Part shown: piece by piece, positions 42,235 through 43,343 of the stretch | Layout: every line of letters starts with the position of its first letter | Numbering within the stretch: the stretch's first letter is position 1 | Source of the DNA: a virus | Taxonomy: Duplodnaviria; Caudoviricetes | Virus record (IMG/VR): IMGVR_UViG_3300043754_000006 | Span: 1 to 43,343 of that record | Reading direction: 5' to 3' (one strand) | DNA: 43,343 nucleotides | Position numbers and translations under genes: made by a program | Notes under the pieces: model-generated | Seen by the model: only the letters and a program-made list of their open reading frames with translations | Database searches by the model: none | Told to the model about the DNA's origin: nothing

Positions 42235-43343
42235 ATGACAATAGAACTGCGCGACTACCAGTCCGAACTGGTCAAAGAAACGGGGCAAGCGTTGCGGCGT
42301 GTTCGTCGCGTACTGATCGTGTTACCGCCTGGTGGCGGCAAGACGGTCATTGCTGCTTTCATTGCGCAGGCATTTGCGCGCCGCGATCAACAGACGTTTT
42401 TCAACTGTCACCGCCAGGAATTGCTGAAGCAAACCAGCGGCACGTTCAATGATTGCGCGCTGCCGCACTCTTTTATCGCAGCAGGACGCCCGATGTATAT
42501 AAATGCGGCAGTCCAAATTTGTAGCGTGGACACCCTCAAAAATCGCTTATCAAAGTTGCGAGAGCCAAAGGCAGTCATATGGGATGAGTGTCATCATATT
42601 GGCGCAGCTGGCTGGGCCGCGATCATGGCGGCGTGGCCGAATGCATATCACATCGGCCTGACTGGCACGCCGTGGCGGTTAGATGGCACCGGCCTGGGCG
42701 AATACTTCGATGAAATGGTGCTGGGTCCGACGACGGCCGACCTGATCGAAATGGGCCGCTTGGCGCCATATGAAATCTACGCGCCCAACACGCCCGATAT
42801 GAAAGGCGCGCGCAAGCAGATGGGCGACTTTGCGAAAGGCGATGCGGAAGAACGGATGCGCGAGCCGAAGATAATCGGTGACATCGTCAACCACTGGAAG
42901 CGCAACGCGAGCGGGCTGCTTACCGTCGGCTATGCCGTCAACGTCGCGCACTCGCGATACATGGCTGACCTGTTCAATTCTGCCGGCATCCCATCGGCGC
43001 ACCTGGATGGTGGCAGCGAGGATGCCGAACGAAAACGCGTCATCCAGGCATACGCTGACGGCCACACGAAGGTGCTGTGGAACGTCGGGCTATTCGGCGA
43101 AGGGTTCGACCTGTCGGCGTGGGCCGGCAAACCCGTGACCATCGACGCTGCGATACTCGCGAACCCCACCACGTCGCTGTCGAAATACCTGCAGGAAGCG
43201 ATGCGCTGCATGCGACCAAAGGGTGGCGCGCCGGGCATCATCAATGACCACGCCGGCAACAGCGGGCGCCACGGCTTCCCAGACGATGACCGCGACTGGA
43301 CGCTGGAAGGGCGCGCGACGAAGAAGGCCGCGAACGAACGGGC
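42235..43343 (+). CDS. SF2 (DEAD/DEAH-like) helicase, N-terminal part; continues at 2-436
   Basis: Missing from the ORF track (no stop before the window end). Manual translation gives MTIELRDYQ, LPPGGGKT, WDECHH, GLTGTP, EGFD and YLQEAMRCMRP. Confidence 0.9.
   Translation, partial: MTIELRDYQSELVKETGQALRRVRRVLIVLPPGGGKTVIAAFIAQAFARRDQQTFFNCHRQELLKQTSGTFNDCALPHSFIAAGRPMYINAAVQICSVDTLKNRLSKLREPKAVIWDECHHIGAAGWAAIMAAWPNAYHIGLTGTPWRLDGTGLGEYFDEMVLGPTTADLIEMGRLAPYEIYAPNTPDMKGARKQMGDFAKGDAEERMREPKIIGDIVNHWKRNASGLLTVGYAVNVAHSRYMADLFNSAGIPSAHLDGGSEDAERKRVIQAYADGHTKVLWNVGLFGEGFDLSAWAGKPVTIDAAILANPTTSLSKYLQEAMRCMRPKGGAPGIINDHAGNSGRHGFPDDDRDWTLEGRATKKAANER
43212..43337. repeat. Terminal direct repeat, copy 2
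   Basis: Identical to 1-126; the final 6 nt lack 2 bases relative to 127-134. Confidence 0.95.

Noticed and set aside
42219-43272. Short ORFs listed by the track in this interval
   Set aside because: They are alternative frames of the helicase CDS starting at 42235, which the track missed because it runs off the window end.
43212-43343. 126-bp terminal repeat as a biological DTR, and the 2-nt deletion in the last bases as a helicase frameshift
   Set aside because: It falls mid-gene and has the size of an assembler overlap. The lambda-type terminase and cos-like site imply other ends. The mismatch is at the extreme contig end and is probably an artefact.

Overview
The window is a complete, circularly permuted genome of a GC-rich temperate myovirus, about 43.2 kb of unique sequence (1-126 is repeated at 43212-43337, inside an SF2 helicase gene). 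It has a lambda-like head module (small and large terminase, lambda-family portal, protease-capsid fusion) and a P2-like contractile tail (V, W, J, I, fibre, sheath, tube, E/E', tape measure, U, X, D). It also carries a holin/GH73 endolysin/spanin lysis cassette, a P4-family integrase with an intact attP-like region, a leftward recombination operon (RecE-like exonuclease, Sak4-like ATPase, Xis, DUF3310, TraR-like, SSB), a rightward early/replication arm (helicase, ParB-like proteins, VRR-NUC, Toprim primase-VirE helicase) and two HNH homing endonucleases. The host is probably a beta/gamma-proteobacterium (inferred from a CTGT-N8-ACAG box, an IHF-like site and GC content; not certain). The most unusual signals are: (1) an ssrA-tag-like peptide (A)ANDN written with different synonymous codons into nine unrelated non-structural proteins, alongside many C-terminal -AA ends, suggesting a phage-wide SspB/ClpXP degron programme; (2) five exactly spaced late promoters GCAGAAMCCACAAGAGGA-N19-GAVAAT, one inside the protease-capsid fusion and one apparently leaderless; (3) an iteron-rich putative origin with a central LexA-type box upstream of the late activator; (4) a structured, separately terminated candidate ncRNA downstream of the integrase; (5) TTCAC-N4-GTGAA operators with no canonical CI repressor. 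All product calls come from motif recognition by eye, not from database searches.
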